A DNA stretch of 47,968 nt from Aquiluna sp. (GTDB taxonomy: Bacteria > Actinomycetota > Actinomycetes > Actinomycetales > Microbacteriaceae): positions 1 through 47,968 of the forward strand of contig CAXNHX010000001.1 in assembly GCA_964202305.1 (NCBI GenBank), written 5' to 3'. Positions within the stretch are counted from its first letter, which is position 1. Every line of letters starts with the position of its first letter. Below the pieces are notes generated by a model. The model was not told the origin of the DNA. It did no database searches and saw nothing but the letters and a program-made list of their open reading frames with translations. A program made the translations under genes and the position numbers. This document shows, piece after piece, positions 28,941 through 38,186 of this stretch.

Positions 28941-29070
28941 GCGGGTCCTCGGTGGAAGGTTTTGGGTTTACTGCCCCAAGATTTTTTACTGACGACCAGC
29001 ACTTCACAAGGGCAGCCTGTCCTTCCTCCAGTAGCAAATATCGTGCGATTCGCGCACGAGGTTTTGCTGC
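28941..29070 (+). ncRNA. pnp 5' leader, Actino-pnp-like long stem plus second hairpin
   Basis: GGTCCTCGGTGGAAGG...TTTTTTACTGACGACC long duplex; GTAGCAAA-TA-TCGTGCG/CGCACGA-GG-TTTTGCTGC hairpin; -10 TAGGCT at 28915-28920. Confidence 0.6.
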
Positions 29071-29091
29071 GCAGTATTAGAAGGAGGAGCC

Positions 29092-31311
29092 ATGGAAGGC
29101 TCAGAGATTAAATTCGCAGAAGCAGTAATCGATAACGGCAAGTTTGGAAAGCGCGTAATTCGCTTTGAGACCGGTCGTTTGGCACAGCAGGCAGCTGGCG
29201 CTGCCGCCGTCTACATTGACGAGGAGACCATGCTGTTCTCCGCCACCACAGCATCAAAGCAGCCGAAGGATCAGTTCGACTTCTTCCCGCTAACTATCGA
29301 CTTGGAAGAGCGCATGTATGCGGCAGGAAAGATTCCTGGCTCATTCTTCCGTCGTGAGGGTCGCCCATCAACCGCAGCCATCCTGGCTTGCCGCTTGATC
29401 GACCGTCCACTGCGCCCATCCTTCGCGGATGGTCTGCGCAACGAGATTCAGGTTGTTGTGACCGTCATGTCAATTGCTCCAGACGAGCTGTATGACGTGG
29501 TTGCAATCAACGCAGCTTCCATGTCAACCCAGATCGCAGGCCTTCCGTTCTCCGGTCCAGTTGCCGGTGTTCGCGTTGCTTTGATCGAGGGACAGTGGGT
29601 TGCTTTCCCTAAGCACTCCGAGCTTGAGAAGGCCGTGTTCAACATGGTCGTTGCAGGTCGCGTAATCAACGAGGGTGGCAAGGAAGACGTCGCGATCATG
29701 ATGGTTGAGGCCGAGGCCTCCGAGAACGCGCTCGACCTAATCGCTGCTGGAGCCAAGGCTCCAAACGAAGAGGTTGTTGCTGAGGGTCTTGAGGCAGCGA
29801 AGCCATTCCTAAAAGAACTGGTTCGCGCTCAGAACGAGCTTGCCAAGGTTGCAGCTAAGCCAACCGCTGACTACCCAGTCTTCTTGCCATACAGCGACGA
29901 GGTTTACGCCGCAGTTGCCAAGGCAGCCGAGGCTGACCTAGTGAAGGTCTACCAGATCGCAGACAAGCAAGAGCGTCAGGATGCTGACGACCAGGTCAAG
30001 TCCCGCGTAAAGGAAGAGCTGGCAGGTGTTTTGAGCGAAGCTCAGATGATTGAGTTCTCTGCTGCATACAAGTCAGTTTCCAAGAAGGTAATGCGCACCC
30101 GTGTTCTCAAAGAGGGCATCCGCATCGACGGTCGAGGTCTAGCTGACATTCGTCTGATTGATGCTGAGGTTGCCGTAATTCCTCGCACCCACGGTTCTGC
30201 AATCTTCCAGCGCGGAGAGACTCAGATCCTTGGTGTCACTACCTTGAACATGCTCAAGATGGAGCAGCAGCTTGACGCTTTGACCCCGGAGACCTCAAAG
30301 CGCTACATGCACCACTACAACTTCCCTCCTTATTCCACCGGTGAGGTTGGCCGTGTTGGAACTCCAAAGCGTCGCGAGATTGGTCACGGTGCTCTTGCAG
30401 AGCGCGCGCTGGTTCCAGTTCTGCCAAAGCGCGAGGACTTCCCATACGCCATCCGTCAGGTTTCAGAGGCGCTTGGCTCAAACGGTTCGACCTCCATGGG
30501 TAGCGTTTGCGCATCGACTCTGTCACTGCTAAACGCTGGTGTTCCATTGCGCGACCAGGTAGCTGGTATCGCGATGGGTCTGATCTCAGACACCGTTGAC
30601 GGCAAGACTCAGTACGCAGCGCTAACTGACATTCTTGGAGCCGAAGACGCCTTGGGCGATATGGACTTCAAGGTTGCCGGAACCCGCAACTTCATCACCG
30701 CAATCCAGCTGGACACCAAGCTGGATGGAATTCCATCCGCTGAGCTTGCAAAGGCTCTGGGTCAGGCCAAGGATGCACGTCTATTCATCCTTGACGTGAT
30801 GAACGAAGCTATCGACGAGCCAGATGAGCTATCTGCATACGCACCACGCGTAATTGCGGTGAAGATTCCACTGGACAAGATCGGTGAGGTCATTGGCCCG
30901 AAGGGCAAGATGATCAACCAGATCCAGGACGACACTGGAGCTGACATCTCGATTGAGGACGATGGCACCGTTTACATTGGCGCCACCAACGCCGAGAGCG
31001 CTGACGCTGCAAAGGCTGCAATCAACGCGATTGCTAACCCTCACGTTCCCGAGATTGGCGAGCGCTTCCTTGGAACAGTTGTGAAGTTGGCCACCTTCGG
31101 TGCCTTCATCTCGCTTCTTCCAGGCAAGGACGGTCTGCTCCACGTCTCCGAGCTCAAGAAGATCTCTGGTGGCAAGCGCGTTGAGAATGTCGAAGACATC
31201 CTCGAGGTCGGCCAGAAGATTCTGGTTGAGCTCACCAAGATTGATGACCGCGGCAAGCTATCGCTTTCCCCAGTTGTCGAGGGTGAAGACCAGGGAGCCT
31301 CGGAAGAGTAA
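29092..31311 (+). CDS. pnp: Polyribonucleotide nucleotidyltransferase (PNPase)
   Basis: [51 protein letters not shown] and S1 domains; SD AAGGAGG. Confidence 0.98.
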   Translation: MEGSEIKFAEAVIDNGKFGKRVIRFETGRLAQQAAGAAAVYIDEETMLFSATTASKQPKDQFDFFPLTIDLEERMYAAGKIPGSFFRREGRPSTAAILACRLIDRPLRPSFADGLRNEIQVVVTVMSIAPDELYDVVAINAASMSTQIAGLPFSGPVAGVRVALIEGQWVAFPKHSELEKAVFNMVVAGRVINEGGKEDVAIMMVEAEASENALDLIAAGAKAPNEEVVAEGLEAAKPFLKELVRAQNELAKVAAKPTADYPVFLPYSDEVYAAVAKAAEADLVKVYQIADKQERQDADDQVKSRVKEELAGVLSEAQMIEFSAAYKSVSKKVMRTRVLKEGIRIDGRGLADIRLIDAEVAVIPRTHGSAIFQRGETQILGVTTLNMLKMEQQLDALTPETSKRYMHHYNFPPYSTGEVGRVGTPKRREIGHGALAERALVPVLPKREDFPYAIRQVSEALGSNGSTSMGSVCASTLSLLNAGVPLRDQVAGIAMGLISDTVDGKTQYAALTDILGAEDALGDMDFKVAGTRNFITAIQLDTKLDGIPSAELAKALGQAKDARLFILDVMNEAIDEPDELSAYAPRVIAVKIPLDKIGEVIGPKGKMINQIQDDTGADISIEDDGTVYIGATNAESADAAKAAINAIANPHVPEIGERFLGTVVKLATFGAFISLLPGKDGLLHVSELKKISGGKRVENVEDILEVGQKILVELTKIDDRGKLSLSPVVEGEDQGASEE

Positions 31312-31312
31312 C

Positions 31313-32623
31313 TTGGATCTACACCTAGATAAATCTCTATCGTTCACCGCTGAGGCGGCCAGGGTCTCAAGGACCCTGCTGCCCGGCGGTGTTCGCATTC
31401 TCACTGAGGAGGTCCCCGGGGCGCCCTCGGTGGCCCTAGCGGCCTCGGTTCCGGTCGGTTCGAGGGATGAAGATCCCGAGGGTTTTGGATCGACTCACTT
31501 TTTGGAGCACCTGCTGTTCAAGGGAACCCCGCGCAGAAGCTCAAGAGAGATTTCGATTGCATTTGACTCAGTTGGTGGATCTTCGAATGCCGCGACTTCG
31601 AAGGAGTACACCAGCTACTACGCCAGGGTTCAGAATGCCGCAGTGCCACTGGCGCTGGATGTGATTTTGGACATGTTTACCTCGGCTCGCATCGATCCGC
31701 AGGATTTTGAGACCGAGCGCACTGTGATTCTCGAAGAGCTAGCCATGAACGAGGACGACCCAGAGGACATAGCCCACGAGGCCCTCGCTGCAGCGCTATT
31801 GCCCAATCACGAACTCGGTCGTCCGATTGGTGGCACAAAGGAAAGCATTCTCGCGGTTAGCCGGGACAAGGTTTTCTCGCACTACAAAGAGCACTACGTC
31901 CCAAGTGGGCTGATTGTGACTGCTGCCGGCGGGGTAAACCACGAAGAGTTTGTCGCCCTAGTCGAATCTCACCTGGCAGCAGCGGGATTTACTGGGAGCC
32001 AGGGTCCAAAGCCACGGCGCTTCCATGAAAAGCCAGCGCTGGCTGGGGCTGCCAGGTTCACGAACATCTCGCACGATTTCAATCAGGCCAACATTTTGCT
32101 TGGTTTCGAGTCCATGTCCGCTTCAGATCCGGATCGCTACGCGTTTGGTTTGATGAACACAATCCTTGGCGGGGGAATGAGCTCCAGGCTCTACCAGTCC
32201 ATCCGTGAGGACCGCGGCCTCGCTTACTCGACATACAGCTACCAGCAGGGTTATAACGAAACCGGCTACTTCGGCATGTATGCAGGCTGCAATCCTGAAA
32301 ATGCAGAGCTGGTTGTAACCCTGATGCGCGAGCAGCTTGGCGCTTTGGCTCAGGATGGGGCAGAGCAGGCAGAGCTTGAGCTCGCACTCGGCTCCCTGTC
32401 TGGTGGCCTCGCGCTTCGCTTTGAGTCTTCTCTTGCTCGAATGAACCGCTTATTGGGAGCAGAAATTGGTAATGGCGAGTACCTGAGCATCCCTGAGGTT
32501 CTGGAGCGCTTTAGCGCTGTGACGCTCAGTGACATTCAGAGGGTGGCTCAGGATCTGGTGGCTAAGGAGTCCTCACTTGTAGTTGTGGGCGAGGGACTTG
32601 AACACCTAGAGAAGCTGGCTTGA
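31313..32623 (+). CDS. M16 family zinc peptidase
   Basis: VGSRDE, HFLEHLLFKGT (HXXEH), LGRPIGG, LGGGMSSRLYQSIREDRGLAYS; start at TTG 31313 just after the pnp stop. Confidence 0.92.
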   Translation: MDLHLDKSLSFTAEAARVSRTLLPGGVRILTEEVPGAPSVALAASVPVGSRDEDPEGFGSTHFLEHLLFKGTPRRSSREISIAFDSVGGSSNAATSKEYTSYYARVQNAAVPLALDVILDMFTSARIDPQDFETERTVILEELAMNEDDPEDIAHEALAAALLPNHELGRPIGGTKESILAVSRDKVFSHYKEHYVPSGLIVTAAGGVNHEEFVALVESHLAAAGFTGSQGPKPRRFHEKPALAGAARFTNISHDFNQANILLGFESMSASDPDRYAFGLMNTILGGGMSSRLYQSIREDRGLAYSTYSYQQGYNETGYFGMYAGCNPENAELVVTLMREQLGALAQDGAEQAELELALGSLSGGLALRFESSLARMNRLLGAEIGNGEYLSIPEVLERFSAVTLSDIQRVAQDLVAKESSLVVVGEGLEHLEKLA

Positions 32624-32635
32624 TAGGTTTTGACC

Positions 32636-33352
32636 ATGATTAGTGTTGCGATTCTCGGTGCTTCGGGACGAATGGGTTCACTGACCAGAGATCTGGTGGA
32701 TGCTGACCCAAACCTAAAGCTTCACGCTTCCCTGGGTTCAAACTCAGATCTTAATCTCATGCTGGGTGCAGACGTGGTGGTTGACTTCACGCTTCCCGAT
32801 GTCTCACCAAAGATGGTGAGCTTTGCAATCGAGCATGATCTCAAGATTCTCGTTGGCACCTCCGGCTGGTCCGAGGCCAAGCTCGCTGGAATTGAGAGAG
32901 GGCTTGCCGCTCATCCAAAAGCAGGAGTTGTTGTGGTTCCGAACTTCTCGATTGGCTCAATGCTGCTGCAGCGCTTCAGTGCCGAGGCCGCAAAGCACTT
33001 TGCATCGGTAGAGATCATCGAGGCTCACCACGCGGGCAAAGTTGATTCCCCATCCGGCACGGCTATCGCCACGGCGGAAAAGATTGCTGCGGCTCAAGCT
33101 GCTAGCCACCTGATTCCCGGAGCCGGTCAGCAGGCCAGGGGTGAGATCCACAACGGTGTTCCAATTCATTCGCTGCGTCAGCCCGGGGTTTCTGCGAAGC
33201 AGGACGTTATTTTCGGAGGCGAGGCTGAGCAACTTGTGCTTTCTCACGATGTTTCCTCACACCGCGCTTACTCGCTTGGCATTTTGCGAAGCATCGAGTA
33301 CGCGCATGCCCATACAGGTCTCGAAGTCGGCTTAGATGCCGTTCTGAAGTAA
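32636..33352 (+). CDS. dapB: 4-hydroxy-tetrahydrodipicolinate reductase
   Basis: GASGRMG, VDFT, GTSG, PNFSIG, EAHHAGKVDSPSGTA. Confidence 0.95.
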   Translation: MISVAILGASGRMGSLTRDLVDADPNLKLHASLGSNSDLNLMLGADVVVDFTLPDVSPKMVSFAIEHDLKILVGTSGWSEAKLAGIERGLAAHPKAGVVVVPNFSIGSMLLQRFSAEAAKHFASVEIIEAHHAGKVDSPSGTAIATAEKIAAAQAASHLIPGAGQQARGEIHNGVPIHSLRQPGVSAKQDVIFGGEAEQLVLSHDVSSHRAYSLGILRSIEYAHAHTGLEVGLDAVLK

Positions 33353-33802
33353 ATGGGAATCAAGATCTGGGTGGGCGTGATGAGCGCTCTGACCTTGCTC
33401 TGGGTCTTTTCTCTCGCGGGACGAGGCTTGATCTTGCTCCAAGAAGCTAACCTCTTTGCCCAATTCATGGGTTTGGCAATCATGGTCCTACCGGTCATCG
33501 CTATCTGGAGCATCTTTTCAGAGCTTCGATTTGGTTTCCAGGCTCAGAAACTGGGGAAGCGGCTAGATGCCGAAGGTGTTGCAGATCTGGCTCTGGAGTT
33601 TCGCGCCTCGGGCAAGGCAACCAAGGAGTCGGCTCAGCGCGAGTTTGAGAGAGTTAGTGCGGCCCTTGGTGAGAATGAGAGCTGGCAGCTTTGGTATCAG
33701 TTGGGTCAGGCATATGACGCCAACGGCGACAGAAAGCGTGCTCGGTCCGCCATTCGCAAGGCGATTGCCCTAGCGAATAATTCCGAATCGCCTCAGCCCT
33801 AA
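33353..33802 (+). CDS. Conserved membrane protein with C-terminal TPR-like helix pair
   Basis: Two N-terminal TM helices; WQLWYQLGQAYDANGDRKRARSAIRKAI. Confidence 0.8.
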   Translation: MGIKIWVGVMSALTLLWVFSLAGRGLILLQEANLFAQFMGLAIMVLPVIAIWSIFSELRFGFQAQKLGKRLDAEGVADLALEFRASGKATKESAQREFERVSAALGENESWQLWYQLGQAYDANGDRKRARSAIRKAIALANNSESPQP

Positions 33803-34210
33803 ATACATCTGGCAACCGAGGCAGAAGCCAAAGAACGCGTTCAAGAACGCGGCGATGAAAATGAATGCCGCCGCAATCGGAACCAGCACGCTGATGAAGA
33901 GTCCACCAACCGTGCCGAGAATCGCGAAGCTAAAGCCAACCTTTTGGGCAAACTGAGGAGGCCTCGGGTCTTCGAGTTCAGTTGGCGCTTTGAGTCGCGG
34001 GCGAACCAGATTGTGGAAGATCAGCTGATAGGGATGATTCTTTGGAGAGAAGACGCTCCAGGCAAAAAGTGCGAAAAGCGTCGCCATCAGCGGGTAGCCA
34101 GCAGTAAAGCCAAACTGCAAACTCAGCGCAAAGCTTGCAAGCGAGAGTGCCGAGGTAATGCCGGCACCAAATCTTGGTCCACGTGGATCGATTCTTTTGA
34201 TTTCTGTCAT
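33770..34210 (-). CDS. DUF4395 family membrane protein
   Basis: IDPRGPRFGA, EDPRPPQFAQ, LNAFFGFCLGCQMY. Confidence 0.88.
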   Translation of the reverse strand: MTEIKRIDPRGPRFGAGITSALSLASFALSLQFGFTAGYPLMATLFALFAWSVFSPKNHPYQLIFHNLVRPRLKAPTELEDPRPPQFAQKVGFSFAILGTVGGLFISVLVPIAAAFIFIAAFLNAFFGFCLGCQMYLGLRRFGIIR

Positions 34211-34647
34211 TTCACGCCTAATTTCCCTAGTTCTTCCATGAGTTGGTTCATTTTTGGCACGCCTCCCATGCGGTAGATGAGGTGGCCCTTCTCATCCAGC
34301 AAGAACACTGTTGGCGTCTGACTGATGTTGAAGTGGGCGGCCACGTCCAGTCGCTCAGTGATGTCAACCTCTGCAAATCGAAGACCACCGAGGCGGTATT
34401 CGAGCTGCGACAGTGTCCGCTTTACACCAGGGCATTGACCGCAGTACTGGGTTGAAAACTGAACCAAAGTCGCTTTCTTACCGTATTCAGTTATTGGCAG
34501 CTCGTTGTTGTGGGCCTTGAGCTTTGCAAGGTCGACAATCTCTTGTGAGCTGACTCTGCGCCCCTTGCCCTGAAGCGACTTGAAGACAACGCCGCCGATA
34601 ACTCCTAGAGCCAAAAGGCTAAGGGTTGCAATCAGCGAAGTTTCCAC
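34207..34647 (-). CDS. Membrane-anchored thioredoxin family protein
   Basis: N-terminal TM helix; LVQFSTQYCGQC (CxxC), TPTV cis-Pro loop. Confidence 0.88.
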   Translation of the reverse strand: METSLIATLSLLALGVIGGVVFKSLQGKGRRVSSQEIVDLAKLKAHNNELPITEYGKKATLVQFSTQYCGQCPGVKRTLSQLEYRLGGLRFAEVDITERLDVAAHFNISQTPTVFLLDEKGHLIYRMGGVPKMNQLMEELGKLGVK

Positions 34648-34731
34648 CTGAGAAAGGTTAGGCGAAGATGGATTTTGGCAGCCTAGTGTTTCGCTTTTTT
34701 ACTTTTTTGGTTTCCCCTTAGGCTTTGCTCC

Positions 34732-35460
34732 GTGAGTGAAATTGAATTCCGTAGCGATGTGACCGTTGAGCTGGTTCGTTCCAGTGCCTCCGATGCCGAC
34801 GTCCTTTTTGCAGCCAGGGTTTCGACCCAGGGCGAGCAGACCCTCGACAGCGCGCGAGAGGTCGGTGCCGAGGTCGAGAAGCGCGACCGCGGCCTGATCA
34901 ACTATTTGATGCGCGATCGCCACGGCTCTCCCTTTGAGCACAACTCCATGACTTTTTACGTCCAGGCACCAATCTTCGTATTTCGCGAATTCATGCGTCA
35001 CCGCATCGCAAGCTACAACGAAGAGTCTGGCCGTTACCGTGAACTGCGTCCGGTCTTCTACGTTCCTGGCCCAGACCGCAAACTGATTCAGGTTGGAAAG
35101 CCTGGAGCTTATGACTTTGAGGACGGCACAGCTGAGCAGACCGCACTGGTTGAGCAGGAGACCATGGCGGTTACCCGCGCCGCTTACGAGGCCTACCAGC
35201 GCATGCTCGAAGCCGGGGTTGCTCGCGAGGTGGCAAGAATTGTGCTGCCACTGAACATCTACTCATCGATGTATGTGACCATGAACTCTCGCTCGCTGAT
35301 GAATTTCCTGTCGCTGCGCACCAAGCGCGAAGGCACTCACTTCCCATCGTTCCCGCAGCGCGAGATCGAGATGGTTGCGGAGAAGATGGAGGACTACTGG
35401 GCCGCTCTGATGCCGCTCAGCTATGCCTCCTTCAACGAGAACGGTCGCGTAGCGCCCTAG
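34732..35460 (+). CDS. thyX: FAD-dependent thymidylate synthase
   Basis: AARVS, HGSPFEH, RHRIASYNEESGRY (RHRX7S), AREVAR, NFLSLR. Confidence 0.96.
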   Translation: MSEIEFRSDVTVELVRSSASDADVLFAARVSTQGEQTLDSAREVGAEVEKRDRGLINYLMRDRHGSPFEHNSMTFYVQAPIFVFREFMRHRIASYNEESGRYRELRPVFYVPGPDRKLIQVGKPGAYDFEDGTAEQTALVEQETMAVTRAAYEAYQRMLEAGVAREVARIVLPLNIYSSMYVTMNSRSLMNFLSLRTKREGTHFPSFPQREIEMVAEKMEDYWAALMPLSYASFNENGRVAP

Positions 35461-35494
35461 TCTCGAGTCCTGCTTAGCCATTAGGCTTAGCCGG

Positions 35495-36475
35495 ATGGTA
35501 ACGCGCGAACCCGATGTATTTGGCCAGGTCCTGGTGGCACTGGTGACCCCTATGACTGCCGAGGGCGAGGTCGACTGGGATGCTACCGAGCGACACATTG
35601 ACTACATAGTCTCAAACGGCGCTGATGGTGTCGTCGTGACTGGAACTACCGGGGAAACCTCCACGCTCACCGACGCCGAGAAGATCAAGTTGGTTGAGGT
35701 CGGAAAGTCGGTTGCGGCTGGACGCGCAAAGATCATCACTGGCGGAGGCTCGAACGAAACCGCGCACGCAATCCAGCTTTATAAAGCAAGCGAAAAGGCC
35801 GGCGCTGACGGCGTCATGATCGTCACCCCCTATTACAACAAGCCAACTCAGGCCGGAATCCTGACTCACTTCAGGCTGATTGCTGATGCCACTGACCTGC
35901 CAGTCATTCTTTATGACATTCCAGGCAGAACCGGTGTCGCGATTTCTTATGACACTTTCCACCGAGCAGCCAAGCACCCAAACGTCGTTGCCATCAAAGA
36001 CGCCAAGGGAGACCTGGCCCAAGCCTCACGTCTAATGCTTGAGACTGGGCTGATGTATTTTTCGGGTGACGATTCCAATGTCTTGCCTCACCTATCGCTG
36101 GGTGCAACTGGCTTGATTGGTGTGACAGCGAACATCGCGCCACACGCGTACCGCGAGCTTGTGGATGCTACTAACGCGAACGATTTCCACGCCGCGTTGA
36201 AAGTACACAACGCCCTTGAGCCGTTGCAGCGCGCAATCATGTCGCATGTTCCAGGAACTGTAGCCGCCAAGTATGTGCTGCACGGTCTTGGACTGATCAA
36301 CTCCCCGAGGGTGCGCTTGCCTCTCGTTGGCCCAGAAGATCACGAAGCGGCAGCCATTGAGAATGGCATTGACCAGGTGCTGAGCGTGCCCGGATTGAAC
36401 TTTGATAACTTCCGACCTGATCGGAATGCGGCTGCCGGTGGTGCACTACCCAAGGTAGCCGGGACAACTCGCTAG
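35495..36475 (+). CDS. dapA: 4-hydroxy-tetrahydrodipicolinate synthase
   Basis: GTTGE, VTPYYNKP, LYDIPGRTG, AIKDA (Schiff-base Lys), SGDD. Confidence 0.96.
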   Translation: MVTREPDVFGQVLVALVTPMTAEGEVDWDATERHIDYIVSNGADGVVVTGTTGETSTLTDAEKIKLVEVGKSVAAGRAKIITGGGSNETAHAIQLYKASEKAGADGVMIVTPYYNKPTQAGILTHFRLIADATDLPVILYDIPGRTGVAISYDTFHRAAKHPNVVAIKDAKGDLAQASRLMLETGLMYFSGDDSNVLPHLSLGATGLIGVTANIAPHAYRELVDATNANDFHAALKVHNALEPLQRAIMSHVPGTVAAKYVLHGLGLINSPRVRLPLVGPEDHEAAAIENGIDQVLSVPGLNFDNFRPDRNAAAGGALPKVAGTTR

Positions 36476-38151
36476 TGGAACTTCCTGGCAAGTTAGAGCG
36501 CGGCACGCTGCGCATCATTCCACTCGGTGGCCTTGGCGAAATTGGTCGAAACATGACCGTTTTCGAGTTGGACGACCAGATCATGATTATCGACTGCGGC
36601 GTGCTCTTCCCTGAGGAGAGCCAGCCCGGTGTTGATGTGATTCTGCCGGACCTCGGATACTTGGAGGACAAGCTCGATCGAATCTCAGGTCTGGTTCTCA
36701 CGCATGGCCACGAGGACCACATCGGAGGAGTTCCCTACCTGCTCGGCATGCGCAAAGACATTCCGATCCTTGGTTCCAGGTTGACCCTTGCGCTGGTGGA
36801 GGCGAAGCTCAAGGAGCATCGCATCACCCCCTTCACTCACACGGTTGCAGAGGGACAACGCGAGAAGCTGGGCCCATTCGAGCTTGAGTTCGTTGCGGTA
36901 AACCACTCGATTCCTGACGCCCTCGCTGTGATGATTCGATCAGTTGCGGGTTCAGTCCTTGCTACCGGCGACTTCAAAATGGACCAGCTGCCACTTGATG
37001 GCAGGCTCACGGATTTGCGCGCCTTTGCTCGCATTGGCGAAGAGGGGCTAGACCTCTTTATGGTCGACAGCACCAACGCCGACACCCCCGGCTTCACACC
37101 CTTAGAACGCGACATCGGGCCGGCAATCGAGACCGTGATGGCCAAGACTCCGGGCAAGGTTGTGGTTGCATCCTTCAGTTCGCACGTCCACAGAGTGCAG
37201 CAGGTGCTAAACGCGGCCGCTGCCAACAACCGCAAGGTGGCATTTGTAGGTCGTTCTATGGTGCGCAACATGGGTATTGCCTCAGACCTCGGGTTCTTGA
37301 ATGTGCCGGACAACCTGATCATTGAGCAAAAGCATGCCCAGGACTATCCGGATAACCGGATCGTATTTATGTCGACTGGCTCCCAGGGTGAGCCGATGGC
37401 TGTGCTATCTCGCATTGCAAATCTGGACCACCAGATCATGCTTGGTGAGGGAGACACCGTGTTGCTTGCGAGCTCCCTTATTCCGGGCAATGAGAACGCG
37501 GTTTATCGAGTAATCGACGGCCTAACCAGGCTTGGTGCCAATGTCGTGCACAAGGGCAATGCCAAGGTTCACGTCTCGGGTCACGCTGCCGCAGGAGAGC
37601 TGCTCTACTGCTACAACATCCTCAAGCCAAAGAACGTCATGCCGATTCACGGCGAGTACCGGCACCTAGATGCCAATGCGAAGTTGGCAATCAGAACCGG
37701 TGTCGCACCCGAGCGAACCTTGATCGTCGAAGACGGTGCGGTTGTAGACCTCAAGGATGGCGTTGCACAGGTTGTTGGCAAGGTGCCCTGCGACATGCTC
37801 TATGTGGATGGCAAGACCGTGGGCAAAATCACCGAAGACGATCTCAAGGATCGAAGAATCCTTGCAGCTGAGGGATTCATCTCCATTTTTGCAGTGGTCG
37901 ATCGAGTCACCGGCACCATAGTTGAGGGCCCAGAGATTCGTGCTCGGGCGTATGCCGAAGATGATCATGTTTTCGATGACATTCTTCCCGCCATTGAAAA
38001 AGCCATGGCTGAGGCGGCCGCCGATGGGGTTCGAGACACATACCAGTTTCAGCAGGTTATCCGTCGCGTGATTGGTTCCTGGGTTGCCAAGGCTCACCGT
38101 CGCAAACCAATGATCATCCCGATCGTTGTCTTCTCTTCCCGCCCCGCCTAA
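36475..38151 (+). CDS. rnj: Ribonuclease J
   Basis: PLGGLGEIGRNM, THGHEDHIG, NHSIPD, TGDFK, DSTNA, TGSQGEP, HVSGHA, PIHGE. Confidence 0.97.
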   Translation: MELPGKLERGTLRIIPLGGLGEIGRNMTVFELDDQIMIIDCGVLFPEESQPGVDVILPDLGYLEDKLDRISGLVLTHGHEDHIGGVPYLLGMRKDIPILGSRLTLALVEAKLKEHRITPFTHTVAEGQREKLGPFELEFVAVNHSIPDALAVMIRSVAGSVLATGDFKMDQLPLDGRLTDLRAFARIGEEGLDLFMVDSTNADTPGFTPLERDIGPAIETVMAKTPGKVVVASFSSHVHRVQQVLNAAAANNRKVAFVGRSMVRNMGIASDLGFLNVPDNLIIEQKHAQDYPDNRIVFMSTGSQGEPMAVLSRIANLDHQIMLGEGDTVLLASSLIPGNENAVYRVIDGLTRLGANVVHKGNAKVHVSGHAAAGELLYCYNILKPKNVMPIHGEYRHLDANAKLAIRTGVAPERTLIVEDGAVVDLKDGVAQVVGKVPCDMLYVDGKTVGKITEDDLKDRRILAAEGFISIFAVVDRVTGTIVEGPEIRARAYAEDDHVFDDILPAIEKAMAEAAADGVRDTYQFQQVIRRVIGSWVAKAHRRKPMIIPIVVFSSRPA

Positions 38152-38186
38152 GGCCAAAAGGGCTAGCTTGTTGCTAGTTTTTCGTC

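Noticed and set aside
31100-31312. 71 aa N-terminal extension of the M16 peptidase overlapping pnp, possible frameshift fusion
   Set aside because: Off-frame read of pnp; TTG 31313 right after the pnp stop gives a normal-length protein, and I saw no slippery site.
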